Below, piece after piece: positions 26,501 through 36,515 of a DNA stretch of 64,000 nt (positions within the stretch are counted from its first letter, which is position 1; each line of letters begins with the position of its first letter). The stretch lies in the NCBI GenBank assembly GCA_050942735.1, contig JBMNNW010000013.1, positions 73 to 64,072 of the forward strand, read 5' to 3'. A program made the position numbers and the translations under genes. The notes under the pieces were generated by a model. It worked only from the letters and a program-made list of their open reading frames with translations, was not told the DNA's origin and did no database searches. This DNA comes from Armatimonadota bacterium. Its GTDB lineage: Bacteria; Armatimonadota; Zipacnadia; Zipacnadales; UBA5352.

Positions 26501-29038
26501 CTACTCCTCGAAGTACGGCTTGAGCATGATGTAGTTGAGCGCGATCTGAGTTCCCGGCTCGGCCTCGGCGTCGGTGAAGGTGACTGTGACCGACGGGGCA
26601 ACAGCGCGGAACCGGACGTGATGGAGGTTAACCCGCGCCAGTCCGTCATTCTCCTTTCGACCGGTGTTGCGGGTGTCCACGAAGACGTACGACTTCTCGG
26701 GAATCACCTCGGCGCCGGCGTCGAGCACCGCGTTCATCCCGAGCTGCTTCGGGTCGAAGGCGCCCGTGACGATGTCATCGTAGTCGGCGGTGACGAACTG
26801 GAGTGTGTAGATCCTGCCCGGCGTGAGGCCCGTGGCGGTCTGGGTGAGCGTGCTCGGGTCTCCGTCGCCGCGGGTGAATACACAGAAGGTGTCACCCGTC
26901 CCGCTCGGGGCGCCCCAGCGCCGCTGGCTGCCCGATCCATAGCCCGGGAAGCTGTCGGCCCGGAGGGCATCCGGTGGATCCGCGACCCAATGCTCGAGAC
27001 CATCCACGAAGTCGCAGTTCTTCAGGTGACCGGGCGAGTAGACGTAGCCGTAGTCCTTCGACAGCATCTCCGTGTTGCCCTCGACGCAGTAGTGGCGCAG
27101 CAGCTCGAACGACCAGCGGTAGAGTTCCTCATCGTCGTAGTAACTCCCCCAGTACCCGGTCACGCCGAGGTCCTGGAAGATGGGGTGGGTGGCGACAAGG
27201 TTGAGCTGCATGTCGAGGTAGTACTTGAAGTCCACCTCCGGGTTTACGTCGAGGGAGATGATGGGGATCTGGTTGAAGTTGCCGAAGATCATGCCCGTCC
27301 CCGGGCCGGCGTTCGGGAAGTAGTCGCTGAACTGCGCCATCGTGTCGACGACGCGATCGTTGAGGTAGCGGACGGCGTCCTCCTCGCTGGGGCGGCTGTG
27401 GCAGTAGGCCTCGAAGAGCAGCCGGCCACGCCCCCGCGACGCATTCAGCGACGCGCTCATGAAGTCGTTGTGCATGCCGGGCAGCGACGGCTTGCCGACA
27501 ATCCAGGTGTAGATCAGCCGGTTCTCAGGGTTGTCGAGGAGTCGGATAGCCTCGGTGTAGTAGGCCAGGTTGGGGCGACCAAAGAACTGCTCGTCGGCGG
27601 TGAACCCGTCGTACTGCGGCGCGGTCATGCCCGGGCTTTGGGACATCCGCGCGACCAGATCCGCGGCGTCAGTGGGGCTCGTTGTGCCGACGTTCGCCAG
27701 CCACTTGAGGCCCATTTCGCGCAACTCGGGTTGGTGCTCCTCGGGCACGGAACCGCCGTTCAGGACGGTCACGGCGGGGAATACGTGCCTGACGTGGAAG
27801 TCCCAGTCATAGCTTCCGTTCTGCGGGACCTGGCTGTTGCGGCAAGCCGGGTAGTTGAAGATCTCGGAGATCGACCGCACTACGATGCTCCCGCCGGAGG
27901 CCGCACCGCTCACCACGAGGTCGTGTGTGCCGCCGGGGATCTCACGGAACGCCTCAAGGCGATCCGTCTCGGCAGTGATCGCCGTATCGTCCGTCCCCAG
28001 GACGACGCGGAGTTCGGGGTCCTCCTGCTCGGTCTCCACCTTGATGAAGACCCATCCGTCCCTGGTGGTGCTGAACTCGAACTCCTGCAGCGCGGCAGTG
28101 GCCTGCAGCGGCTGCGCCAGCACCTCGATCACCAGATTGTTCAGCCGCCGGTGCGCCGAGGTATCCACCTCGGGGGCCTCGGCCAGGGTGATCGTGTAGG
28201 AGTCCTCGAGGATATCCTCCCCGGTGTCACGCTCGACGATCGCGACATCGAGCCTGTGATCGCCCGCGGCGAATCCGGACAGATCCACGCTGTTGAGTTG
28301 CGGCGTGAGGGGAGAGGTGCGGACCGTCTCACCGTCGATGGTGTACACGCAGTCATACTCGGAGTGGGGCAGGTCCACGAGACCGAAGAAGTGGAAGGTC
28401 ATCGTGGGATCGGCGAGGGCGATCTCGTTGAGCAATGGCTCCCAGGCGACGAGCCGGGGACGCTGCTGCTCCAGCAAAACCGGTGATACCGAGCTGCCCT
28501 CCAGCGCGCCTTCGCTGATGGCCTCGAGCTTTGCCCCGGCAAACTGGATCTCGCCGACGTAGTTGACTGCAAAGATGGCCACCCCGTAGGCGTCGTTGTT
28601 GCTCTCCGGCAACTCGAAGGTCTGCTCCACATACTCCCAGCCGTCGGTGTTCTCCGGGAGCGACCTGATTCCGGCCTCCTTGTGCCAGCCGTTGTTGTGC
28701 ACGATGACGCCGCAATGGCCGCTGCTGAAGCCCGTGGACTTGACCCACGCGCTTATCTTGTAGGTCTCGCCCGCGACGATGTGCAGGTCGTGCTGGCGGC
28801 AGGTGGACCTGACGCCCTCCAGCCCGTCCGGGTTGCTGAAGACGACGACGCCAATGCCGTCCGGCCCGCCGGTCGGGTCGTAGCTGGTGTGTTCCCCGCC
28901 CTTCTGCCAGAACATCGGGAAGCCAAGCTGCTCGGTCTCGAACGATCCGTTGATCAACAGGTTCTCTCCGGGCTCCACCGCCGCCAGGGTGATGCCTGTC
29001 GAGAGCAACAATATCAAGGGCATCAGTTTCCTCATCAT
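26501..29038 (-). CDS. secreted carbohydrate-binding-module (CBM4/9/galactose-binding-like) containing protein, probable accessory glycan-degrading enzyme
   Basis: ORF 26501..29038; AAGGAGGaagac upstream; signal peptide MMRKLMPLILLLSTGITLAA; NLLINGSFETEQLGFPMFWQKGG jelly-roll CBM motif; second jelly-roll near C-terminus. Confidence 0.7.
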   Translation of the reverse strand: MMRKLMPLILLLSTGITLAAVEPGENLLINGSFETEQLGFPMFWQKGGEHTSYDPTGGPDGIGVVVFSNPDGLEGVRSTCRQHDLHIVAGETYKISAWVKSTGFSSGHCGVIVHNNGWHKEAGIRSLPENTDGWEYVEQTFELPESNNDAYGVAIFAVNYVGEIQFAGAKLEAISEGALEGSSVSPVLLEQQRPRLVAWEPLLNEIALADPTMTFHFFGLVDLPHSEYDCVYTIDGETVRTSPLTPQLNSVDLSGFAAGDHRLDVAIVERDTGEDILEDSYTITLAEAPEVDTSAHRRLNNLVIEVLAQPLQATAALQEFEFSTTRDGWVFIKVETEQEDPELRVVLGTDDTAITAETDRLEAFREIPGGTHDLVVSGAASGGSIVVRSISEIFNYPACRNSQVPQNGSYDWDFHVRHVFPAVTVLNGGSVPEEHQPELREMGLKWLANVGTTSPTDAADLVARMSQSPGMTAPQYDGFTADEQFFGRPNLAYYTEAIRLLDNPENRLIYTWIVGKPSLPGMHNDFMSASLNASRGRGRLLFEAYCHSRPSEEDAVRYLNDRVVDTMAQFSDYFPNAGPGTGMIFGNFNQIPIISLDVNPEVDFKYYLDMQLNLVATHPIFQDLGVTGYWGSYYDDEELYRWSFELLRHYCVEGNTEMLSKDYGYVYSPGHLKNCDFVDGLEHWVADPPDALRADSFPGYGSGSQRRWGAPSGTGDTFCVFTRGDGDPSTLTQTATGLTPGRIYTLQFVTADYDDIVTGAFDPKQLGMNAVLDAGAEVIPEKSYVFVDTRNTGRKENDGLARVNLHHVRFRAVAPSVTVTFTDAEAEPGTQIALNYIMLKPYFEE

Positions 29039-29206
29039 GTCTTCCTCCTTGTGCGTGGGAGTGAGCCGACGCCGGGTCTCTATCCAGCCTGGCTGCGCTC
29101 TCGTCGAGTTAGGCCAGATTGTTCATGAGGTGAAAGAAAGGAAAATCGGAGAGACGCGGAAATGCTTCATTGGTTGAAGACGAGGTCGTTCCCGGAGGTC
29201 TCTCCG

Positions 29207-29460
29207 ATGGTACAGACTGTTCCGCGGTTCGAACCTGGAATCCTCTCTGGTCGCGAGATCATCGGCAGCTTCGACGGCGGCGATATCTCCTCCGACGGCG
29301 GGGTGATACTGGTCGCCGAGGCAGAGCGCAAGTTGGGGCTGATTGGCCGACTGGCATTGGTGATCGACGATGAGCGTGATCCGGTCAAGGTGCGCCACGG
29401 GATCTCGGAGATGCTCGCCCAGCGCGTCTTCCCCGCGGGAGGATTCGGCGGGGCGAGGGT
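29207..29460 (+). pseudogene. IS1380-family transposase N-terminal fragment (~85 aa, degenerate after that)
   Basis: FDGGDISSDGGVILVAEAERKLGLIGRLALVIDDERDPVKVRHGISEMLAQRVF matches IS1380 N-terminal signature (FxGGxxxSDGGxLLLREx...RDPxxVxH...QR); ORF 29162..29638 loses homology and overlaps the next gene. Confidence 0.55.
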
Positions 29461-29564
29461 GAAGGTCCGCTGCGTGGGGCTGCGCCTCCTCGGCGTCGGC
29501 AGCGATCTTTGCAAGTTCAGACCGATTCGCCTGTTGGGAGAGAGTGCCAGTGCGCGGAGTCATC

Positions 29565-32500
29565 ATGTTGGCCGTGATCATGCTCTTGAGTGCGTGCGTG
29601 TGGGCGCAGGACGCGATCATGAGTTCCGACTTCGATAACGGTCTGGAGGGCTGGACCACGCGTCTGTCTGAGGGCGTCGGCGAGGTCCGGCTCACAGACG
29701 ATGGTGCGGGCGGCCAATGTGCTCTGCTGCACAAGACGGTAGCGACCAGAGAGCACACTTCCGTCGGTATCCGGCGGACGGTCACAGTCGAGCCCAACAG
29801 CGTCTACGAGATCTCGCTTCGCCAGAAATGCGTCCTCAAGGAGGGCATCGTCGGCTACGCATTCCGCGTCTTCCTGACCGGTGGCGATCTGAGCGAGCAC
29901 CGCTCGATACCACCGTCAGCGGACTGGAAGCTGTTCACCTGGCGCTTCAGCACCGGCCCCGAAGCCGCCGATCTCGACGTGCTCATCGCGCTCACCTACT
30001 CCTCCGGCGACGCATGGGTCGACGACGTCACTCTGCGCAAGGTCGGCGCCTCGATCGAGGCTGAAGACCTCCCGGAAAGGGTGTCAGCCCAGATGGTCAC
30101 CGACGGTGGCCTGAGCGGCGAGAAGGGCCTGCGCATGGGCCCGGACGGCTCCGTGAGCACCACACTGCCCCTGCAGGCCGGAGCGTGGGAGGTGCAGGTC
30201 TACGGTGAAGGCGATGCTGAGGATGGTTTGACTGCCCGCGCGGTCACGGTCAGCCTCGGCTCAGAGAGCCACACCGTCGATCTGTGCTCCACCTCCACCA
30301 ATCTGCACGGGCGAAACGCGCTCTTCCAGCTCGACGAGCCGGGCCCGGAGACGCTGACCATCGCCCGTGCGCCCGGGTATACCGGAACGCTGGTACTCGA
30401 CCGGATCGCGTGGCGGGCGCATGACGGCCCCGCTCGCCTGAAGAAGCTCTACATCGACACGACAGTGGTCCGCGACGGCCAGCCCAATGCGGTGATCATC
30501 GTCTCGGACGACGCCGCCATGCAGGCGGTCGCCCGCGACGTGCAGGCCGCAATCCGCGGCGCCTCCGGTGCCACGCTGCCGATCGTCGCCGACACCCACT
30601 GGATGGCGGGCGACTACCAGGCGCAGAACGCGATAGCCGTCGGCAATCTGCTGCAGAACAAGCTCTCCGAGCGCCTCTACTGCCTCTGGTACACCTATGA
30701 GGACCGCTGGTACCCCGGCGAGGGCGGGTGGGTGGTGCGCACCATCCATGACCCGTGGGGCACCGGCAACAACGTCATCGTGGCAGCCGGGAGCGACGAG
30801 GCCGGCACAGCCGAGGCCGCGCGGCAGCTCGCCGGCCTGCTCGGCCGTGGCCAGACGCTCACGATCGGGCACACGATCGCGGTAGAGATGGCGCCCGAGG
30901 TTGCCGCCGGTATCGAGCGCGCCGTCGGCAGGCCCGATCCGGAGTACGCGCGCAGCAACGTTCCTCGGCGCAACCAGCGCAGCCTGATGAGCAGCACGGC
31001 GCGGGCCGGCGTCTCCTACCTCTACTCAGGTGACCCGAGGCGCGCCCGGATGGCCGTCATCTACCTGCTCGGCCACAAGCGGAACCCGGAACTCGGTCAT
31101 GACACGCACATGGAGCTGTGGAAGACGATACGCGCGTGGGACAACATCGAGGAGTGCCCGGAGTTCACCGATGACGAGCGGCTCGAGGTGACCAACTACC
31201 TCCTGCACGTCCTGCGCTCCGAGGAGGGCGTCAACCAGGGCATGTTCGTCAGCGCCCTGGCTCACTCGACCGTCAGGCACAACCACCACATGCTCGCCGC
31301 CATGGACGCGTACTACGGCGGCCGGTACTTCGAGAAGTACTACCAGCTCCCCGAGACCGAAGATTGGATGGCGAAGGCGCGGTTCATCTTCTCCACCCAG
31401 GAGTCTGAGGACAAGGGCCAGGACGAGTCCGGCAACTACGAGCTGTCCACGGCCCTGAGGCCGCTTCTGCCCTTCGCCTACACCGAGCCGGACTACCAGT
31501 TCCTGCCCGGCGGAGCGGCGAAGCGCTTCATCGACCGCTGCGTCGTCTCGCTCGACAACCGCTTCGCCAGTTCCGGCCACGGCGACTGCTGGGATGTGGA
31601 CTGCTTCTGGCCGGTGCCCTTCGGGGTCGGCGCGTGGTACTACGCCGACACGGGCTACCAGTACATCCTCGAGCAGCGGCGCGCGATGCGCCCCAGCGAG
31701 CAGAACGCGATGCAGATCCAGCCACCCTTCCGGATGGATGGCGTGGTACCGGCCGAGCGCCCGGCGCGCTTCGAGGGCGTAACGCTCGCGCCGCTCAATC
31801 AGGCGCACTACGACCTCTACCACGGCGGCCAGAACCTCAAATGGAATGTCCCCTGGGAGGGTACTTTCGATAAGATCTCGTTTCGCACGCGGTTCGAGTC
31901 GAGCAGCCAGTATCTGCTGCTCGACGGCATCTCGTGTGGCTCGCACGGCCACTCCGATGCGAACTGCCTGATCCGCTTCACTGATAACGATCGCGTCTGG
32001 CTGGTCGACGACTCATACACTGAGGGCCCGTTCCTCAACGATCACAACGGCGTGGTCGTCACGCGTGACGGGATCGCAGACAGGATGCCGGCCTGCGCCC
32101 GCCTCGACGCCGCCGTCGACTTCGGCGACATCGGCCTGACCCGCACCACGCTGCCCGATCACTCCGGCGCCGACTGGGAGCGCAATGTCATCTGGCTGAA
32201 GGAGAACTGCTTCGTGGTGCTCGACCGCATGAAGGCACTGAGCGCCGGCAACTACGGCTTCCGCTGCCTGTGGCGCACGCTCGGCACCGCGAACCTCGAC
32301 GGCAATACGCTCGTGACGCGGCAGATGAAGAAGACGCCGGAGCGCCAGGACGCGATGTACCTTGTCAGCGGCGGAGATACCGGCGTGACGGTGACGCCCG
32401 AGACCGAGGTCTTCGGCGCCAAGTGGCGCAGCTACGAGTACGCCGAGCCGGTCGTCAACATCTGCAGTCAGGACGTCTCGCGCGACCTCGAGGCCGGCCA

Positions 32501-34058
32501 GCAGTTCACCTTCGCCAACCTCTTCTATGCGTCAAACACCGACGAGCCGCACAGCTTCGACCTGACGAAGCTCGATGAAAGGGCCTCGCTGATCACGGGC
32601 GATGAGACCATCCTCGTCGGCGTTGCCGATGGCGGCTACCGCATCGGCGGGCTCTCGATCGACGGCGGCACCTTCGCCCTGCGCCAGGGCAGCCTGAGCG
32701 TCGCCGACACCAGGGCGGTCACGCTCGACGGCACGGCCATCTACTCGGGCGACGCCCCGGTCTCGCTGCGGCTCGACCTCGAGGGTGGCCGGCTCATTAC
32801 GGAGCCGGCGGCACGCACCTACAGCAACGAGACCGCGCCGGCCGGCAAGTTCCAGCAGCGGACCGAGGCGACCGTCGCCCTCGGCGACCGCACGGACTTC
32901 GCCGCTGAGCTGCAGCAGGCGAGCAGGCTGGCCGCCGCAGCGGCGGGCGGGGCGCAGCAGCAGGCGGCGCAGACGACGCCCAACGTTACCGCCGCCTGGC
33001 AGTTTGACGCCGGCTCGGGCGTCCGCGCGCTGATCGTTGACGGCGACCGCATCGCGCTTGGCACTGAGGGTGGCGCCGGGGTCGTCCTGGACGCGAACGG
33101 CCGGGAGCTATGGCGCGTCGACTGCGGCGGCCGCGTCAATGCCGTCTCCGCGGGCGACATCAACGGCGATGGCTCCAATGACCTCGCCTTCGCGTCCGAT
33201 GACGGCAAGGTCAGGGCCGTCGATTCCAGTGGACACGAGCTGTGGACGCACTCCTTCGTGGGCGATGTGACGCACGGCGGACGCACCGGCGAGGTGCGCG
33301 ACGTGCTCTGCAGCGACCTCGACGGCGACGGTCGCGCCGAGGTGGCCGCCAGCCCCAGGAATGGCTGGATGTACATCCTCAGCCCCGACGGCGAGGAGCT
33401 GACGCGCTTCCAGGGCAGCGCCGGCTACGCGGTCCTCGACGGCCTGCAGGCGCTCGACGTCAACGGCAACGGCCGCAAGACCGTCTTCTCCTTCAGCTCG
33501 AGTGGCAGCTTCGGCTCGGGCTGGGATTGCGAGCTTGACGGCACGTCCACCCGCTTCAGCACCGATGGCTGGCCATCTCAGATCCGCGATGTCGCGATGG
33601 TTGACTTCACGGGCGATGGTGGCGTCGGCTTTGCGCACGGGACGAGCCGCGGCAACGTCTACTACCGCAAGCCCGATGACGGAGTGCTGGGCAACCGCAG
33701 CGTCTTCGCTGCGGGCTCCGGGCTCAGCGCCGTGGCGGGCCTCAGCCGCGCGGGCCAGCCGGGGCTGGTCGCGGTCGGCCTCGAGATGTCCTACGTCCAC
33801 GTCCTCGACGCCGACGGCAACCTCGTCTGGAGCGCGCCCACTGGCGCCCCGGTCACCGATCTCGTCTTCACCGGCGGCGACAACTCGATGGTCATTGTCG
33901 GGACCGCCGGCGGCATGGTGCTCTTCTTCGACGATGCCGGCAGGCAGCTCGGCCGGTTCGTCGCGGGCGATCGCGTCAACGTCGTCGCGGACGGTAACGG
34001 TGGCGTACTGGCCGCCGGCGCGGACGGCATGGTCCGGTCGCTCCGGGTGAGCCGGTGA
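29565..34058 (+). CDS. large secreted protein: N-terminal CBM-like jelly roll, heparinase II/III-like lyase core, C-terminal FG-GAP/VCBS-repeat beta-propeller
   Basis: ORF 29544..34058 (GTG); preferred ATG 29565 MLAVIMLLSACVWAQD (GGAG 5 nt upstream); ISCGSHGHSDANCLIRFTDNDRVWLVDDSY (heparinase His motif); repeats DINGDGSNDLAFASDDGKVRAVD / DLDGDGRAEV / DFTGDGGVGF. Confidence 0.75.
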   Translation: MLAVIMLLSACVWAQDAIMSSDFDNGLEGWTTRLSEGVGEVRLTDDGAGGQCALLHKTVATREHTSVGIRRTVTVEPNSVYEISLRQKCVLKEGIVGYAFRVFLTGGDLSEHRSIPPSADWKLFTWRFSTGPEAADLDVLIALTYSSGDAWVDDVTLRKVGASIEAEDLPERVSAQMVTDGGLSGEKGLRMGPDGSVSTTLPLQAGAWEVQVYGEGDAEDGLTARAVTVSLGSESHTVDLCSTSTNLHGRNALFQLDEPGPETLTIARAPGYTGTLVLDRIAWRAHDGPARLKKLYIDTTVVRDGQPNAVIIVSDDAAMQAVARDVQAAIRGASGATLPIVADTHWMAGDYQAQNAIAVGNLLQNKLSERLYCLWYTYEDRWYPGEGGWVVRTIHDPWGTGNNVIVAAGSDEAGTAEAARQLAGLLGRGQTLTIGHTIAVEMAPEVAAGIERAVGRPDPEYARSNVPRRNQRSLMSSTARAGVSYLYSGDPRRARMAVIYLLGHKRNPELGHDTHMELWKTIRAWDNIEECPEFTDDERLEVTNYLLHVLRSEEGVNQGMFVSALAHSTVRHNHHMLAAMDAYYGGRYFEKYYQLPETEDWMAKARFIFSTQESEDKGQDESGNYELSTALRPLLPFAYTEPDYQFLPGGAAKRFIDRCVVSLDNRFASSGHGDCWDVDCFWPVPFGVGAWYYADTGYQYILEQRRAMRPSEQNAMQIQPPFRMDGVVPAERPARFEGVTLAPLNQAHYDLYHGGQNLKWNVPWEGTFDKISFRTRFESSSQYLLLDGISCGSHGHSDANCLIRFTDNDRVWLVDDSYTEGPFLNDHNGVVVTRDGIADRMPACARLDAAVDFGDIGLTRTTLPDHSGADWERNVIWLKENCFVVLDRMKALSAGNYGFRCLWRTLGTANLDGNTLVTRQMKKTPERQDAMYLVSGGDTGVTVTPETEVFGAKWRSYEYAEPVVNICSQDVSRDLEAGQQFTFANLFYASNTDEPHSFDLTKLDERASLITGDETILVGVADGGYRIGGLSIDGGTFALRQGSLSVADTRAVTLDGTAIYSGDAPVSLRLDLEGGRLITEPAARTYSNETAPAGKFQQRTEATVALGDRTDFAAELQQASRLAAAAAGGAQQQAAQTTPNVTAAWQFDAGSGVRALIVDGDRIALGTEGGAGVVLDANGRELWRVDCGGRVNAVSAGDINGDGSNDLAFASDDGKVRAVDSSGHELWTHSFVGDVTHGGRTGEVRDVLCSDLDGDGRAEVAASPRNGWMYILSPDGEELTRFQGSAGYAVLDGLQALDVNGNGRKTVFSFSSSGSFGSGWDCELDGTSTRFSTDGWPSQIRDVAMVDFTGDGGVGFAHGTSRGNVYYRKPDDGVLGNRSVFAAGSGLSAVAGLSRAGQPGLVAVGLEMSYVHVLDADGNLVWSAPTGAPVTDLVFTGGDNSMVIVGTAGGMVLFFDDAGRQLGRFVAGDRVNVVADGNGGVLAAGADGMVRSLRVSR

Positions 34059-34423
34059 CAGGCCGAGATGGCGTCAGCGCAGGCGAGCCGGTCGAAGCAG
34101 GCGGCGCCTCGGCAGTTGCGCGGGCACGGGCAGGCAGTGCTTGGACCCTGGAACTGCTCGTTCACCCAGTCGCTGCAGTTTCCTCGTGGCCTCGCCTTTC
34201 CACCTGGACCGGAGGAGCCGTCCGACCTGGATCTTACGTATCATGCACGTGCCGCGGGACGCCCTCGATGACACCTTCCGTATCGGAGGAGACGCTGAGG
34301 CCCCGCTCTCCCCGCAGTGACTACCGCAGGCCGCCTGCCACCGGGAGTTGCTCTACCGACGAGGTGCCGGGCTATGTCGCCGGTGTCGCCGGGCATGTCG
34401 GCCGCGGGCGTCGCCTCACTCGT

Positions 34424-36412
34424 CTACCGCGGGGGCAGTGTCGGAGGTGGCGCCTCTCCGCCGCGCGGGTCGCGGGTCGCCACCCACAGGCTGCCGGTCG
34501 TGCGTGTCACGGGGCAATCGAAGGTGCCGCTGAGCTTCCAGGTACCATCCGGTTCGACGCTGAAAGTCCCCGTGTACGTCTGGTTGACGCGCGTGCGGAT
34601 GAACGTCACCGTGCCATCGTCAAGCACCCGGCCATTCTCTATGGGGACACCGAATACGGTGCCGGTGAGTCGGTTGCCTTCGTGTTGCAGGGTCAGTACG
34701 CTCCGAGAGTTGTTGGCATTGATCTTCCAGTCGCCGCTCAGGTTCGGCACTGAGACGACCGCCGGAGTTGTTGTCGGCGCGGGTGTCGCCGGAGCTGTTC
34801 CAGTCCCGCCGCGGGGAGGCAGCGCGTTGAACAGCAGGTCGTTGCCCCCAATCCCCTCGACCAGCTTCACGATCAGAGCACCGTGAGGCGTGATCGAAGC
34901 GGTCACCGCGACAGTGCCTGCCTGCGGGTCGGTCCATGTCCCTGTGTAGTTGTTCCCCTGCCCCGCTGCTCTCAGGCGCAGCCAGGCGTTGATGCGATCG
35001 TCGAGCGTGCCGACCACCCCGTCGCCATCTCGCCTGACGGACAGCGTCGTGGGCTGCGGGCCGTCAAGCATCGCCATGACCACCCGCCACTCTCCGAGGA
35101 GGGCGTCGATGGGGCTCGGGAGGTCCGGTAGAGCCGGCAGGGCCGGTACAGGAGCCGGTGCGGGTGTCGGCTGTGGCGGATCGATCTCTTCCCGCCGCGT
35201 CCCAATGGTGAATGACTTTCGACCAAGCACAGTCTCGCCGACTGTGATGGTGACCGTGTAGCGGCCCGGCTCCATGTCCACCCCGCCTCTCGTTCGGATC
35301 CCGAACGAGGCCGAGCCGTTGCCGCCTACGTCCTTCTCGCCACGGGCAAACTCCTCGCCATCACACGTCCAGATCGCCACTGCGGTGCTGCCTCGGGGGA
35401 TATTCTCGTAGTCTATCACCGCGATCACCGTGTTCGTGTGATCGAAATGATCTGTAGTGCCGGTGGTCCGGCCGGCCTCGAGGCCGCTGCCCACCGAGAC
35501 ACCGCCGAAGTCGCCGCGTTCGCCTGCATCGACGCCTCCGGCGGGTGTCGGCGCAGGTATCGTCGGGCCTGTCTGCCCACCGGCCGTCGTCTGCCCCATG
35601 GTGAAGGCGGTCCGGACGGGAGTCCTGCCCGGCATGACAAGCTCCACCTCGTAGCGCCCCGCCGGAAGCAGTGGAGCATCGCCGCTGAGCAGTCGGAATG
35701 ATACCCAGCCGTTACCGGCCTGAACATGGGTCACCGACCGCACGATCTCGTCTCCGTCGCGGAACCAGGCGGCCTCGGCCGCTCCGGCGGTCGCGTCCTG
35801 GTAGCGATGCAGCAGCGTGATCTCCGGGAGTTGCTCGAATGCGGTGCCCGCTCCGACCGGCCGGCCGTCCTCCACACTGCGGCAGATCACCACCTGCCCC
35901 GTCAGTGGGGTGGGGGTCTCGCGAGTGGGGATCACGGGCGCGGGCGGGACATCGGGAGCGGCAGGGGCATCGGCGACAGGCGGCCCGTCAAACTCGTCCA
36001 CATCAACCAACTGCGGGATCTCGCCGCCAACGGCTCGATGCAGGCTGAAGCTGCTGGGATCGAAGCCCTCGTTCCAGCGGTAGCCGACCAGCACCCTGCC
36101 CTCACTGTCGAGCGCCAGCAGGGTGTTGAAGCCGCCATGCCCCGCGCCCATCGGCCGCGTCCACTCCGCCTGAAACACCTTCCCTCCATCCTGAAGCCTC
36201 CCGCTGATGGTGCCGGGCGTCCCGTCCCGATCCAGCAGCGGGGTGAAGGTGCCGCTGACCGTTGCGCCGGTCACCGTCAGTTCCACCCGGTAAGAGGCGG
36301 ACCCCCATGTTCCGGACATCTCAGCGGAGCATACCCCGCTCGCGACACCGCCGAGCATGACCAGCACAAGTAAGGCCAGACAGATGCGCGAATCGGTCGC
36401 CGTTGCGCTCAT
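34424..36412 (-). CDS. hypothetical secreted protein (Pro/Thr-rich linkers, beta-rich modules)
   Basis: ORF 34424..36556; start MSATATDSRICLALLVLVMLGGVASG with GGAGGAG upstream; no known domain recognised. Confidence 0.6.
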   Translation of the reverse strand: MSATATDSRICLALLVLVMLGGVASGVCSAEMSGTWGSASYRVELTVTGATVSGTFTPLLDRDGTPGTISGRLQDGGKVFQAEWTRPMGAGHGGFNTLLALDSEGRVLVGYRWNEGFDPSSFSLHRAVGGEIPQLVDVDEFDGPPVADAPAAPDVPPAPVIPTRETPTPLTGQVVICRSVEDGRPVGAGTAFEQLPEITLLHRYQDATAGAAEAAWFRDGDEIVRSVTHVQAGNGWVSFRLLSGDAPLLPAGRYEVELVMPGRTPVRTAFTMGQTTAGGQTGPTIPAPTPAGGVDAGERGDFGGVSVGSGLEAGRTTGTTDHFDHTNTVIAVIDYENIPRGSTAVAIWTCDGEEFARGEKDVGGNGSASFGIRTRGGVDMEPGRYTVTITVGETVLGRKSFTIGTRREEIDPPQPTPAPAPVPALPALPDLPSPIDALLGEWRVVMAMLDGPQPTTLSVRRDGDGVVGTLDDRINAWLRLRAAGQGNNYTGTWTDPQAGTVAVTASITPHGALIVKLVEGIGGNDLLFNALPPRGGTGTAPATPAPTTTPAVVSVPNLSGDWKINANNSRSVLTLQHEGNRLTGTVFGVPIENGRVLDDGTVTFIRTRVNQTYTGTFSVEPDGTWKLSGTFDCPVTRTTGSLWVATRDPRGGEAPPPTLPPR

Positions 36413-36515
36413 CGCCGCTCTTCTCCTCCGTGGGATGCGGCCCTCGCTGACAGTGAGCGTCGTGGATCTGCGTCCATGACCTGCCGAGGTGATGCGGACC
36501 GGGGCGAGGGCCCCG

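Noticed and set aside
26333-28486. 717-aa + ORF
   Set aside because: Antisense of the CBM-protein gene 26501..29038.
34059-34423. Small ORFs 34068..34271 (+) / 34074..34274 (-) in convergent intergenic region
   Set aside because: No RBS, poor codon usage, mutually antisense. Likely non-coding terminator region.
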